A stretch of 64,000 bases of DNA from Bacillus subtilis subsp. subtilis str. 168 (GCF_000009045.1 NC_000964.3:620001-684000), one strand, 5' to 3'. Counted from the stretch's first letter, positions 1 through 10,169 are shown. The notes: generated by a model from the letters alone, not told the origin. Numbers and translations are program-made.

Positions 1-31
1 CAAAAACGAGAATTGAAAGAATTCTTCTCAT
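1..31 (-). CDS. ydhF: 5' end of lipoprotein YdhF (runs off the window)
   Basis: ATG at 31 (minus strand) with GGAGG RBS at 39-43; reads MRRILSILVF, a signal-peptide-like start; lies directly downstream of phoB. Confidence 0.8.
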   Translation of the reverse strand, partial: MRRILSILVF

Positions 32-96
32 GATGATTCCTCCATTAAAAAGAGATCCCGTTACTTCATACAAGCAACGGGACACCTTGTATTCTT

Positions 97-1485
97 TTAC
101 TTATCGTTAATCTTAATGTTGTATTGTAAAGCCTTGAAAACATTTTTGGCGATTTCTGTATTGTCGATTTGGCCGGCAAATGTCTCACTAGACGGACCGT
201 ATGCATAGACGGGAACATCTTCACCGGTATGTCCGCCTGTTGTCCATCCAGTGTGAGAGCGTTTATTAAAGATGTTCTCGATTGCGTTATCGATATCCAG
301 TACTTCCTTCGATTTTGCCGCTTCTTCAACAGATTGAATTTCGGCTTTTGTTAAAGCCAATTTCTTTTGATCGATATATGTTTTCAACGTTTTTTCAACA
401 TCCGCGCCGTCAGCGATCTTTTCTGCCATAAAGTCTGGTGTGCGCTTTGCGGCTTTAATGGGTTCACTGAACCAGTTGTAGATGCCGTCCGCACCGATGG
501 AATATCCGCCGGTTGAGTGGTCAGCCGTTGCGACAACCAATGTGTGCTTGTCTTTTTTAGCGAAATCAATAGCCGCCTTATAAGCTTGTTCGAAGTCTTC
601 CATCTCGCTCATGGCGCCAACGATATCATTGTCATGGCCCGCCCAGTCAATCTGGCTGCCTTCCACCATGAGGAAGAATCCGTCTTTATCCTTGTTTAAT
701 TTTTTAATGGCTGTGTTTGTCATATCTTTAAGTGATGGAATATCCTTCGTACGGTCAATCTTTTTAGGCAGGCCGCCGTCAGCGAATAGGCCGAGAACTT
801 GGCTGTCTTTGTTTTTCAGCATGTCCTTGCGATCATCCACGTAGCTGTACCCCGCCTTTTTGAATTCCTTAATCAAATTACGGTCCTTACGGTCAAAATT
901 GCTCTTTCCTCCGCCTAGAAGGACATCAATTTTGTGCTTGCCGTTGACCATCTCATCAAAATAATCATCCGCAATTGAGTTCATATTTTTTCGGCTGTGG
1001 TCGTGTGAACCAAAAGAGGCCGGAGTGGCGTGTGTAATTTCTGAAGTGGCCACAAGTCCTGTTGCTTTTCCTTTTTCTTTCGCAGCTTCAAGCACCGTTT
1101 TGGCTTCTGACCCGTCGTTATCAACGGCTATGGCATTATTGTATGTTTTAATTCCCGCAGACATAGCCGTTGCCGCCGCTGCAGAATCCGTTACATTTTG
1201 TTCAGGATCATCGGGGTAAGTTGTTTGCTGGCCGACAAGATACTGATCAAAAGCCGTAGGCTCCACAACTTTTGTCTTTTTATTATCCTTTAAGTATCGA
1301 TAAGCAGACGTATAAGACACACCCATACCATCACCAATCAGAACAATAACATTTTTAATTTCGTCTTGGTTCCCCTTTTTCTTTTCCTGGGCGCTGGCTT
1401 CAGGCACACTGCCGCTGGCTAAGCTGCTGAACGCAATTGATGATAAAACCGCGATAGGCAGTAATTTCTTCGGGAATTTTTTCAA
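97..1485 (-). CDS. phoB: alkaline phosphatase III
   Basis: 462 aa with signal peptide; AP motifs IGDGMG, TDSAAAA (catalytic Ser), HATPA, EGSQIDWAGH, TADH, GGHTG. Confidence 0.97.
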   Translation of the reverse strand: MKKFPKKLLPIAVLSSIAFSSLASGSVPEASAQEKKKGNQDEIKNVIVLIGDGMGVSYTSAYRYLKDNKKTKVVEPTAFDQYLVGQQTTYPDDPEQNVTDSAAAATAMSAGIKTYNNAIAVDNDGSEAKTVLEAAKEKGKATGLVATSEITHATPASFGSHDHSRKNMNSIADDYFDEMVNGKHKIDVLLGGGKSNFDRKDRNLIKEFKKAGYSYVDDRKDMLKNKDSQVLGLFADGGLPKKIDRTKDIPSLKDMTNTAIKKLNKDKDGFFLMVEGSQIDWAGHDNDIVGAMSEMEDFEQAYKAAIDFAKKDKHTLVVATADHSTGGYSIGADGIYNWFSEPIKAAKRTPDFMAEKIADGADVEKTLKTYIDQKKLALTKAEIQSVEEAAKSKEVLDIDNAIENIFNKRSHTGWTTGGHTGEDVPVYAYGPSSETFAGQIDNTEIAKNVFKALQYNIKINDK

Positions 1486-1528
1486 CTGGATAACCTCCTA
1501 AATATAGATGAATCTCAATGACAACCCA

Positions 1529-1571
1529 ATTATATTTTTAAACTGTTAAGCTAGTATTAATCGATTTTAAA
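1529..1571 (-). promoter_or_regulatory. phoB vegetative promoter with PhoP boxes
   Basis: TATAAT -10 at 1529-1534 (minus); TTAACA, TTAATA and TTAAAA hexamers at about 11-bp periodicity, matching the PhoP TT(A/T/C)ACA pattern. Confidence 0.65.
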
Positions 1572-1846
1572 GATTGGATTTACAAGAATAATGAACTGGC
1601 ACCCTTAAATAATGGTTATTCTTTTATGAGAAGTTTTAGAAGGAAAGAGCGATAGTACTAAAGAAATAAATTGGAGGAATAGATACTGGCCGTGGATAGG
1701 CGGACTGAAATCTGCTATAGTCGCATAGAAGCAACCCGCTTACATCTTGAACAATTTAAAGTATTACGTTGGAAAGAGGTATTGTGTAAGCACATGTCTG
1801 AGCAGTTCATATGGAGTGGCATCATTTTATTTTAGGAGGGAACAAC

Positions 1847-2218
1847 ATGGACGTTTTTTCTGAGTACTTAGCGGGGATTGCTGACCCGTTCCACCGAGAA
1901 AGAACGGAAGAGGTGTTAACTTGGATAAAAAATAAATATCCAAATTTACATACAGAAATAAAATGGAATCAGCCGATGTTTACGGATCACGGTACATTTA
2001 TTATTGGCTTTAGTGTTTCTAAAAAGCATTTAGCTGTCGCTCCTGAAAAAGTAACGATAGCGCACGTAGAGGATGATATTGTGAAGGCCGGATATGATTA
2101 CACCGAGCAGCTGATACGTATCCCTTGGAACGGTCCAGTTGATTATACGCTACTTGAGAAAATGATTGAGTTTAATATTCTGGACAAGGCGGACTGCTCC
2201 ACTTTTTGGCGGAAATGA
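1847..2218 (+). CDS. fra: Fra/YdhG, DUF1801 iron-chaperone-like protein
   Basis: ATG at 1847 after AGGAGG; 123 aa with the IKWNQPMF motif typical of DUF1801. Confidence 0.85.
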   Translation: MDVFSEYLAGIADPFHRERTEEVLTWIKNKYPNLHTEIKWNQPMFTDHGTFIIGFSVSKKHLAVAPEKVTIAHVEDDIVKAGYDYTEQLIRIPWNGPVDYTLLEKMIEFNILDKADCSTFWRK

Positions 2219-2292
2219 AGAAAAAGGCATAACATATGAGCTGTATAAAATATGTTACGCCTTTTCATTTGTCTATTTTTCGTTTTGATCAT

Positions 2293-2790
2293 CTATTGCT
2301 GCTTTTCATCAAACAAGGTCTTTTCATTGAGCGTAAGCTGACTCGCAGAATAATGATTACCTTGTTTCCATTTCACTTCAATCGTAATATCATGGCCTTC
2401 AAGCTCATGTTCATCTAACCGCTCTAAAAAAGAAACGGACTTTTCTTTTGCGCTTCCATCAGAAAAAGTGCCTCCAGCATAATCATGCATCGGGATTTCC
2501 GTGTCAGAACTCAGCAGAACTTCATCATCCTTTTTTACAATCAGTGATTCCAGATAAGTGTTGTCTATTTCAATTGTATCACCGATCCAATAAAGTTTGC
2601 CGCTGTATTCATTCGGTGCATCTTCATTTTTTGTGAAAACAGCTTCCCAATTCTGATCTTTGCTTTCTCCCTGCCAATTTGGATACTCCAAACGAACATG
2701 ATGAATCAGGTGATAGGAAAAAAAGATCAAGCAGAAAGCGATTAATAGGAATGCCGTGAAAATGAGAGGGTATTTATAATGACTGGACAT
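2293..2790 (-). CDS. ydhH: hypothetical membrane-anchored protein YdhH
   Basis: 165 aa ORF, N-terminal hydrophobic helix, acidic soluble domain; synteny. Confidence 0.75.
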   Translation of the reverse strand: MSSHYKYPLIFTAFLLIAFCLIFFSYHLIHHVRLEYPNWQGESKDQNWEAVFTKNEDAPNEYSGKLYWIGDTIEIDNTYLESLIVKKDDEVLLSSDTEIPMHDYAGGTFSDGSAKEKSVSFLERLDEHELEGHDITIEVKWKQGNHYSASQLTLNEKTLFDEKQQ

Positions 2791-2807
2791 AAAAGACTCC
2801 TATTCGT

Positions 2808-3290
2808 TTAATCAATTACCTTCGAAAATAGAATTTCATCCCGAATCAAAATGCCGTTTTCAGCCACCTCGGGAATCTCCGGCTTGAGTCGGCGCGCTTT
2901 TTCAACTGCGTTCGGAAACACTGCGGCGAATTGATAGCCTCTCTTTTGATAAAACGCTATCGCATTTACATTATCATTCGTTGTGATAAGCTTTATTCGT
3001 TGACAATGTGCATGTTTAGCCTTCTCTTCAACCTGCTGAAGTAAAGCTGTGCCGATTCCTTTATTTTCAATCATACTATCTAATGAAATAATTTCACAAT
3101 CTTTCCCATCTATTGTGTATGTAATACAGCCAATGATTTCGCCGCTTTCATTTACTGCGGCAAATCCATCTAATTCATCACACCGAAAAATGCCGCTGGA
3201 AATCGCCATCTCGGGTGTACCCCAATGCTTGGCAAAAAAATCGGTCAACATATGTTTCGCTATCTCATTGTTTGGGATGATGATCATCAT
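2808..3290 (-). CDS. ydhI: GNAT acetyltransferase YdhI
   Basis: ENKGIGTALL acetyl-CoA motif A and N..AIAFYQKRGY motif B; GGAG RBS. Confidence 0.85.
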   Translation of the reverse strand: MMIIIPNNEIAKHMLTDFFAKHWGTPEMAISSGIFRCDELDGFAAVNESGEIIGCITYTIDGKDCEIISLDSMIENKGIGTALLQQVEEKAKHAHCQRIKLITTNDNVNAIAFYQKRGYQFAAVFPNAVEKARRLKPEIPEVAENGILIRDEILFSKVID

Positions 3291-3372
3291 AACACTCCTC
3301 TATTGAAAGATTGCATATGTACTATCAATATAAACAATATATAACAAAAAAAATAGATGTTGAGGTGACGGC

Positions 3373-4350
3373 ATGGAAATCAGCGATATCATTTACGGGC
3401 AGCACCATATAGACGGAGTGCTGGAAGAGCTTATCAAAAGCGCTCCTGTGCAAAGATTAAAAGGAATCTATCAAGGCGGAGCAAGCTTTTTAGTCAATCG
3501 AAAGTGGAATGTGACCAGGTATGAGCACTCCATCGGCGTGATGCTCCTCATCAAAAAGCTCGGAGGAACGATAGAAGAACAGATTGCGGGTCTGCTCCAC
3601 GACGTATCACACACAGCTTTTTCTCATGTGGTCGACGTTGTCTTTGAAAATCAAGCAGAAGACTATCATGAAAACATCTTTCAACAAGTCATTGTTCACT
3701 CTGAAATCCCGGACATTTTACAAAAACACGGCTATCATACTGAAGAACTTTTATCTGACGATTCAAGGTGGACATTGCTCGAACAGCCCGCACCGGAGCT
3801 GTGTGCTGATCGGACAGACTATACGCTGCGTGATATGTACCGATATGGACACATTAACCTGCACGAAGCGCAAACCTTTTTGGATCATCTTATTGTGAGA
3901 AACGGAAGGATGTTTCCTGATAGTATTGAAGCCGCCGAATGGTTTGTCAGTGTGTACTACAAGGAAGTAATTGATTTCTTTTTGAATCCTGTGAATGTAT
4001 ATGGATATGAATATTTAGCGCGAGCATTGAAGGCAGCGCTGCGGCATGATGTCATATCTGCAGAGGATCTGCTGAAAACGGACCAAGAGGTACTGAACAT
4101 CCTGCGTGCATCAAAAAATGAAGAAGTCCTGAGCTTGCTTACATCCATTCATCCCGGCATACAAGTAATAGAGGATGACATCCAGTACGATTTCCATCAA
4201 AAGAAGAAAATGCGCCTAATCGATCCATCCATTTTTCTTGATGACAAATGGATCAAATCCTCAGGTGTTTCTGAAAAGGTGAGGAAAATGGGTGAGGCCG
4301 CTTATCAAAAAGCAAAAAAAGGTGTGTATATAAAAATCTTAAAGCAGTAA
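3373..4350 (+). CDS. ydhJ: HD-domain phosphohydrolase YdhJ
   Basis: TRYEHSIGV, LLHDVSH and CADRTDY motifs (H..HD..D); GAGGTG RBS. Confidence 0.88.
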   Translation: MEISDIIYGQHHIDGVLEELIKSAPVQRLKGIYQGGASFLVNRKWNVTRYEHSIGVMLLIKKLGGTIEEQIAGLLHDVSHTAFSHVVDVVFENQAEDYHENIFQQVIVHSEIPDILQKHGYHTEELLSDDSRWTLLEQPAPELCADRTDYTLRDMYRYGHINLHEAQTFLDHLIVRNGRMFPDSIEAAEWFVSVYYKEVIDFFLNPVNVYGYEYLARALKAALRHDVISAEDLLKTDQEVLNILRASKNEEVLSLLTSIHPGIQVIEDDIQYDFHQKKKMRLIDPSIFLDDKWIKSSGVSEKVRKMGEAAYQKAKKGVYIKILKQ

Positions 4351-4377
4351 TTGCCGCCTGACAGCGGCTTTTTTTAT
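4351..4377 (+). terminator. intrinsic terminator after ydhJ
   Basis: GCCGC-ctgaca-GCGGC followed by a T7 run. Confidence 0.75.
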
Positions 4378-4403
4378 GTTTGGCTTTGCAAACAAAGGGG
4401 AAT
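4378..4403 (+). promoter_or_regulatory. SigB-type promoter for ydhK
   Basis: GTTTgg-N14-GGGAAT matches the SigB consensus. Confidence 0.65.
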
Positions 4404-4448
4404 AGGACAAACTGCGGGAACGCTTTATGAGAATATCAGCGTATTTAC

Positions 4449-4465
4449 ATACCGTTCGGGGGTAT
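4449..4465. promoter_or_regulatory. putative CsoR (copper repressor) operator in a SigA-like promoter spacer
   Basis: ATACCGTTCGGGGGTAT (ATACC...GGTAT inverted repeat with G tract), lying between TTTACA (4444-4449) and TATTAT (4468-4473). Confidence 0.6.
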
Positions 4466-4542
4466 AGTATTATCGAGAGGGCATGTTTTCATTGTCTGCG
4501 GGCAAAAGTTACAGGAAAAAAATGAAGCAAAGGAGAATGAAC

Positions 4543-5109
4543 ATGAAAATCTCTAAATATGCACTGGGAATTCTGATGTTATCTCTAGTTTTTGTTTTAT
4601 CAGCATGCGGCAATAACAACAGTACGAAAGAAAGCACACATGACAATCATTCAGACTCCTCAACACATGAAGAGATGGACCATTCCGGATCAGCTGACGT
4701 TCCAGAGGGATTACAGGAATCTAAAAATCCGAAATACAAAGTAGGCAGCCAAGTAATCATCAATACTTCTCATATGAAAGGCATGAAAGGTGCTGAAGCT
4801 ACGGTAACAGGCGCCTATGATACAACGGCGTATGTTGTTTCTTATACTCCGACTAATGGGGGACAGCGTGTGGATCATCACAAATGGGTGATCCAAGAAG
4901 AAATCAAAGATGCCGGAGATAAAACGTTACAACCCGGAGATCAGGTGATTTTAGAGGCTTCTCATATGAAAGGCATGAAAGGAGCAACAGCCGAGATCGA
5001 TTCCGCGGAAAAAACAACTGTATACATGGTTGACTACACATCGACAACGAGCGGCGAAAAAGTGAAAAACCACAAATGGGTCACAGAAGATGAGCTTTCA
5101 GCTAAATAA
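4543..5109 (+). CDS. ydhK: DUF1541 copper-binding lipoprotein (CopL-like) YdhK
   Basis: LSAC lipobox, His-rich linker and two SHMKGMKGA repeats; ATG at 4543 preferred over 4483 because it gives a typical signal peptide after AGGAG. Confidence 0.85.
   Translation: MKISKYALGILMLSLVFVLSACGNNNSTKESTHDNHSDSSTHEEMDHSGSADVPEGLQESKNPKYKVGSQVIINTSHMKGMKGAEATVTGAYDTTAYVVSYTPTNGGQRVDHHKWVIQEEIKDAGDKTLQPGDQVILEASHMKGMKGATAEIDSAEKTTVYMVDYTSTTSGEKVKNHKWVTEDELSAK
4766..4982 (+). repeat. internal duplication in ydhK: exact 25-bp repeat CTTCTCATATGAAAGGCATGAAAGG at 4766-4790 and 4958-4982
   Basis: Seen directly; corresponds to the tandem DUF1541 domains. Confidence 0.9.
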
Positions 5110-5110
5110 T

Positions 5111-5143
5111 AAAAAATCCTCCTTTTACAAGGAGGATTTTTTT
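5111..5143. terminator. bidirectional terminator ydhK/pbuE
   Basis: AAAAAATCCTCC-ttttacaa-GGAGGATTTTTT between convergent genes. Confidence 0.85.
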
Positions 5144-6291
5144 GCTGTTTGAACAGGTCTTGTTAAAGAAATGAAAGCAAACAGGACAGCGATGATCACA
5201 ATCGATCCGCCGCACCATGCCGTTGACACCACAGTACCCGTCTGATCCAAAACAACACCGCCAATGGCTGAGCCAAGGGCAATTCCGACTTGGAGGGCCG
5301 ATGTGTTAAAGCTTTGCTGAATGTCAGACGAATCAGGTGCAATTTCAATTAAATAGCTTTGCTGAGCCGGGGCGAGGCTCCAGCTCAGAAGACCCCAAAT
5401 CACCATGACAGGCAAAAAGAAAATCATAGACGATGTAGACAGCGGCAGTAAGAACATAATGATGGCAAAGGAACCGGTCACCAGCAAAATGCTCTTAAAG
5501 GAACCAAGCCGGTCAGATAGCGCTCCTCCGAAAGGGCCTCCGCATACAGCAGATATCCCGAAAAGGAAATAACAAATGCTGACCCAGAAAGAGCTCAGGT
5601 GAAGAGTCTCTTCTAAAAACGGCGCAAAGTAAGCGTAAAGCGTGTAGTGGCCAGCTAATGTAAACATCGTGACGAGGTGTGAACTCGCGATTTTCAGATT
5701 ACCGATCGTCTTGAGTTGTTCCCGGAAAGGAATCATTTTCTCCGCCGGTATTCTTTCAAAGAAGATTGAAATAATCAGCATGGAGATCAGTGCCAACAGG
5801 CCGATGCCAAGGAACAAAATCCGCCACCCGAAGGAATCGCTGATTAAGATTCCGAGCGGCACGCCTAATGCGATAGCAGAGCTGAATCCCATAAAAATAA
5901 TTCCGATTGCGCGGGCTCTGTATTCAGGCGCTACAATTTTCGGGGCAATTGTTAAAGAAAGCACAACAATCAGCCCTGTACTCATTGCTGCCAATACCCT
6001 AGATACCATCAGTGTTGCGAAATTAGGGCTGAAATAGGCGACAAGATTGCTAAGGAAGAAAACAAATAAAGCAATTAGATATAAGCGCTTCCGCTCAATC
6101 TTCGCAGTCAATGCCAAAAGCAGCGGCCCAGATACTGCATATCCCAGCGCAAACACACTGATCAGCTGTCCGGCTGAAACAATGGAAATGTCTAAATCAT
6201 TTGCGATCTGAGGAAGAATTCCCCCCACAATTAACTCAACCAATCCGACTGCAATCGTAGAAGCTGCAAGCAGGAAAACTTTGAAATTCAT
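5125..6291 (-). CDS. pbuE: MFS purine base efflux pump
   Basis: 388 aa, 12-TM MFS pattern, directly downstream of a purine riboswitch. Confidence 0.93.
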   Translation of the reverse strand: MNFKVFLLAASTIAVGLVELIVGGILPQIANDLDISIVSAGQLISVFALGYAVSGPLLLALTAKIERKRLYLIALFVFFLSNLVAYFSPNFATLMVSRVLAAMSTGLIVVLSLTIAPKIVAPEYRARAIGIIFMGFSSAIALGVPLGILISDSFGWRILFLGIGLLALISMLIISIFFERIPAEKMIPFREQLKTIGNLKIASSHLVTMFTLAGHYTLYAYFAPFLEETLHLSSFWVSICYFLFGISAVCGGPFGGALSDRLGSFKSILLVTGSFAIIMFLLPLSTSSMIFFLPVMVIWGLLSWSLAPAQQSYLIEIAPDSSDIQQSFNTSALQVGIALGSAIGGVVLDQTGTVVSTAWCGGSIVIIAVLFAFISLTRPVQTAKKSSL

Positions 6292-6321
6292 AACAAACTC
6301 CTTTACTTAAATGTTTTGATA

Positions 6322-6427
6322 AATAAAAAAAATCCTGATTACAAAAAATGTCATAAACAAATTTTGTAATCAGGATTTTACGGTTCCTGGTAGACACCCT
6401 CAAACCATATTATTGAGGTTATACAAG
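6322..6427 (-). ncRNA. purine (adenine-sensing, ON-type) riboswitch with terminator
   Basis: Minus strand reads TTGTATAACCTCAATAATATGGTTTGAGGGTGTCTACCAGGAACCGTAAAATCCTGATTACAA; its 3' part pairs with TTGTAATCAGGATTTT to form a terminator followed by a U tract. Confidence 0.95.
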
Positions 6428-6549
6428 TGATAATAGCTATTTAATTGATTCGTTTCCGTTGATGAGTGTACCACATTATGAATGAATCTTCCATAGAAAA
6501 ATTTATAAAACGGTGAACCGGAAAAAAATATGATTATATTTATTTTATA

Positions 6550-6603
6550 AAAGTATAGACATTTAAAATTAAATGACTATAATAATCAATGTAAGCGTTT
6601 TAA
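6550..6603 (+). promoter_or_regulatory. gmu promoter with cre site and putative GmuR operator
   Basis: TAGACA (6556-6561) and TATAAT (6578-6583); cre-like TGTAAGCGTTTTAA at 6590-6603; AAAGTATAGACATTT resembles GntR/HutC operators (the weakest of the three calls). Confidence 0.65.
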
Positions 6604-6621
6604 TAACAGGGGGGATAGCAG

Positions 6622-6933
6622 TTGAAAAAAATATTACTCGCGTGCAGTTCAGGAATGTCTACCAGTTTATTGGTGACAAAAATGAAGGAATACGCACAGT
6701 CTATCGGTGAGGAAGCGGAGATTTGGGCTGTTGGCCAGGATAAAGCAAAAGAAGACATGAGAAAAGCGGATGCCGTTTTGATCGGTCCGCAAATGAGCTT
6801 TCTGAAAAGCGAGCTCCAAAAAGAAGCAGATCAATACAACATTCAAGTTGAAGTCATTGACATGATGGCCTACGGAATGGCAGATGGGAAAAAAGCGTAT
6901 GAGCAGGCATTGTCCTTAATGGTGAATCAATAA
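6622..6933 (+). CDS. gmuB: PTS lactose/cellobiose-family EIIB
   Basis: ILLACSSGMSTS phospho-Cys motif; TTG start after GGGGG RBS. Confidence 0.93.
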   Translation: MKKILLACSSGMSTSLLVTKMKEYAQSIGEEAEIWAVGQDKAKEDMRKADAVLIGPQMSFLKSELQKEADQYNIQVEVIDMMAYGMADGKKAYEQALSLMVNQ

Positions 6934-7265
6934 TGGAACAGATGAAAATCACGAATTTAACAGACGAGCAAATCAGTTTTCAGCTAATCCTGCACAGCGG
7001 AAATGCCCGCAGCTGCATCATACAATCACTGCGCGCCTATAAAGAAGGGAAAAAGGACGAGGCTGATGCCCTCATTGCCAAGGCGGAGCAGGATTTATCC
7101 GCGGCCCATGACATTCACTTTCAAATGATACAGAAGGAATCCGGCGGAGAAGCAACAGCTTTTTCATTGCTGCTTATGCATGCAGAGGATCATCTGATGT
7201 CAACATTATCCATGAAAGAATTAGTGAAAGAGATGCTTGATCTCTTTAAAACCAAGAATATATAA
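6933..7265 (+). CDS. gmuA: PTS EIIA
   Basis: LILHSGNAR, AHDIH and LLMHAEDH motifs. Confidence 0.93.
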   Translation: MEQMKITNLTDEQISFQLILHSGNARSCIIQSLRAYKEGKKDEADALIAKAEQDLSAAHDIHFQMIQKESGGEATAFSLLLMHAEDHLMSTLSMKELVKEMLDLFKTKNI

Positions 7266-7274
7266 AAAATCGGG

Positions 7275-8612
7275 GTGGATAGGGTGTTCGAGAAAATCAG
7301 CCAATTCCTTGTTCCAATTGCAGGGAGGTTAAACAATAACCGCTATTTGCAAGTGTTGCGTGATGCATTTATGCTGGCTTTCCCGCTGACGATATTCGGG
7401 TCCATTTTTGTCGTGTTAACGAATTTGCCGTTTCTAAACAAAATCATGAACGCCTCAATGCTTACGTCGTTTCAGTCTCATTTCGGCATTGCCTCCACGG
7501 CGACAATGGGCATTATGTCTGTCTTTGTTGTGTTCGGGATAGGCTATTACCTGTCGAAAAGCTATCAGGTCGAAGCTGTATTTGGCGGAGCGATCGCTTT
7601 GGTTTCCTTTTTGCTCTTAACGCCATTTATCATTCAGCCGGAAACAGGTGATGCCATTACAGGGGTTATCCCGGTCGATCGTCTCGGTGCAAAAGGGATG
7701 TTTCTTGGGATGATTACGGCATTTCTTTCTGGCGAAATTTACAGAAGAATCGTTCAAAAAAACCTGACAATCAAAATGCCAGCCGGCGTTCCGCCTGCTG
7801 TAGCAAAATCATTCGCCGCACTTATTCCGGCTTTTATCACATTGACTGTATTTTTGCTGATTAACGTAATGGTGACTCTGTTTTTTAAAACAAATATGCA
7901 CGACGTCATTTATCATGCGATTCAGGCTCCGCTTGTCGGACTTGGAAGCGGTATCATTCCAACACTGATTGCCGTGTTTTTCATTCAAATTCTTTGGTTT
8001 TTCGGACTGCATGGACAGATCATTATCAACTCCGTGATGGACCCGATTTGGAATACACTGCAGGTAGAAAACCTTTCTGCTTACACGGCGGGAAAAGAAA
8101 TCCCTCATATTATTTCAAAACCGTTTATGGAGATTTATACAGTAGGGATGGGCGGAACAGGGATGACGCTTGCGATTGTGTTTACCATTCTCATATTCAT
8201 GAAAAGCAGGCAGATGAAGCAAGTATCAAAACTTGGCCTCGCTCCCGGTATTTTTAACGTAAACGAACCGATTATCTTTGGGCTTCCGATTGTCATGAAT
8301 CCGATCATTATTGTGCCTTGGGTGCTGGCACCGATGGTTGTTACGCTCGTCACCTATCTGGCTATGTCAGCCGGGCTCGTTCCGCCTCCAACTGGTGTGA
8401 CAGTGCCGTGGACGGTTCCATTATTCATTAATGGCATCATGGCGACGAACTCAATCATGGGGGGCGTGATGCAGCTTATCAATCTGCTGATTGTCTTCGT
8501 GATCTGGTTTCCGTTCCTAAAAGCAATGGATAAATTAAATCTGGCAAAAGAAAAAGAACAGGCTGTGCAGGAGACAGCTGCTCAGCAAAATGATAACAGC
8601 ATAAAAATGTGA
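7275..8612 (+). CDS. gmuC: PTS EIIC permease
   Basis: Hydrophobic protein with LWFFGLHG and FNVNEPIIFGLP motifs; exact GTG start uncertain (7275 or 7284). Confidence 0.93.
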   Translation: MDRVFEKISQFLVPIAGRLNNNRYLQVLRDAFMLAFPLTIFGSIFVVLTNLPFLNKIMNASMLTSFQSHFGIASTATMGIMSVFVVFGIGYYLSKSYQVEAVFGGAIALVSFLLLTPFIIQPETGDAITGVIPVDRLGAKGMFLGMITAFLSGEIYRRIVQKNLTIKMPAGVPPAVAKSFAALIPAFITLTVFLLINVMVTLFFKTNMHDVIYHAIQAPLVGLGSGIIPTLIAVFFIQILWFFGLHGQIIINSVMDPIWNTLQVENLSAYTAGKEIPHIISKPFMEIYTVGMGGTGMTLAIVFTILIFMKSRQMKQVSKLGLAPGIFNVNEPIIFGLPIVMNPIIIVPWVLAPMVVTLVTYLAMSAGLVPPPTGVTVPWTVPLFINGIMATNSIMGGVMQLINLLIVFVIWFPFLKAMDKLNLAKEKEQAVQETAAQQNDNSIKM

Positions 8613-8629
8613 CATAAGGGGAGAGAGAC

Positions 8630-10027
8630 TTGGCACATACAGAACAATATCGTTTTCCAAAGGATTTTTGGTGGGGATCATCCGCTTCAGCAACACAAAT
8701 GGAGGGTGCCGCCGACAGAGACGGAAAAGGCCAGAATATATGGGATTATTGGTTTGAAAAAGAACCGCATCGTTTTTTTGATCATGTCGGACCCGCAGAC
8801 ACATCCCAATTTTACGACAACTATAAAGAAGATATCAGGCTGATGAAGGAACTTGGCCACAACTCGTTCCGGATGTCGATTTCCTGGTCACGTTTAATAC
8901 CAAACGGAACGGGCGAGATCAACGATAAAGCCGCAGATTTCTATAACAATGTCATTGATGAGCTGATCGCTAACGGAATTGAACCTTTTGTCAATTTGTT
9001 TCATTTCGATATGCCGATGGCGCTTCAAAAAATCGGCGGCTGGGTCAACAGAGAGACGGTTGACGCGTATGAAAACTATGCAAGAACTTGCTTCCGTTTG
9101 TTTGGCGGCCGGGTGAAAAAATGGTTCACGCATAATGAACCAATCGTTCCCGTAGAAGGCGGATACCTATATGATTTTCATTATCCAAACAAGGTCGATT
9201 TTAAAGAGGCCGTCCAGGTTGGATTTCATACGATGCTATCAAGTGCCCGCGCCATTCAGGCTTACAGGGAGATGAAGCAGGACGGAAAAATCGGCATCAT
9301 CTTAAATTTGACCCCTTCATACCCGAGAAGCAGCCATCCGGCGGATGTGAAAGCCGGGGAAATCGCAGACGCGTTTTTTAACAGATCTTTTTTAGACCCA
9401 TCTGTCAAAGGCGAATTTCCCAAAGAGCTGGTTGACATTTTGAAGCATGAAGGCTTTATGCCTGATTACAACGCTGAAGATCTCGACATCATCAAAAAGA
9501 ACACGGTTGACCTGTTGGGAGTGAATTATTACCAGCCGAGACGTGTGAAAGCGAAAGAACATCTTCCGAATCCCGACGCTCCTTTTTTGCCGGACAGGTA
9601 TTTTGATCCCTACGTCATGCCGGGCCGCAAAATGAATCCGCATCGCGGCTGGGAGATCTATGAAAAAGGCGTTTATGATATTTTGATCAATTTAAAAGAA
9701 AACTACGGCAACATCGAGTGTTTTATCTCTGAAAACGGTATGGGGGTTGAAGGTGAAGAGCGATTCAGGGATGAACAAGGCATCATTCAGGATGATTACC
9801 GGATTGAATTTATAAAAGAGCACCTCAAATGGATTCACCGCGCCATACAGGAAGGCTCGAACGTAAAAGGCTATCACTTATGGACGTTCATGGACAACTG
9901 GTCTTGGACAAATGCCTATAAAAACCGATACGGATTTGTATCAGTCAATCTTGAGAAAGACGGAGAAAGAACCGTCAAAAAGAGCGGAAAATGGTTCAAA
10001 GAGGTTGCTGAGCATAGCGGTTTCTAG
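8630..10027 (+). CDS. gmuD: GH1 6-phospho-beta-glucosidase
   Basis: SATQMEG, THNEP (acid/base) and ISENG (nucleophile) motifs. Confidence 0.95.
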   Translation: MAHTEQYRFPKDFWWGSSASATQMEGAADRDGKGQNIWDYWFEKEPHRFFDHVGPADTSQFYDNYKEDIRLMKELGHNSFRMSISWSRLIPNGTGEINDKAADFYNNVIDELIANGIEPFVNLFHFDMPMALQKIGGWVNRETVDAYENYARTCFRLFGGRVKKWFTHNEPIVPVEGGYLYDFHYPNKVDFKEAVQVGFHTMLSSARAIQAYREMKQDGKIGIILNLTPSYPRSSHPADVKAGEIADAFFNRSFLDPSVKGEFPKELVDILKHEGFMPDYNAEDLDIIKKNTVDLLGVNYYQPRRVKAKEHLPNPDAPFLPDRYFDPYVMPGRKMNPHRGWEIYEKGVYDILINLKENYGNIECFISENGMGVEGEERFRDEQGIIQDDYRIEFIKEHLKWIHRAIQEGSNVKGYHLWTFMDNWSWTNAYKNRYGFVSVNLEKDGERTVKKSGKWFKEVAEHSGF

Positions 10028-10169
10028 ATTTTCCTAAAGGTCAAGATCTTCCGGCAATCATCATAACGAATAGAGATGACGAAAATCCGCAACATTGATG
10101 AAATAGGGAAAAGAACTTATGATATCCGTAAAAGCTTATGTGATATCAAACAGCTGCCGGAGGATACCA

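Noticed and set aside
3049-3306. 85-aa plus-strand ORF overlapping ydhI, and similar short antisense ORFs in gmu, tsa, ydiF, gut, psp and iolT
   Set aside because: Fully antisense to well-supported genes, with no RBS or motif
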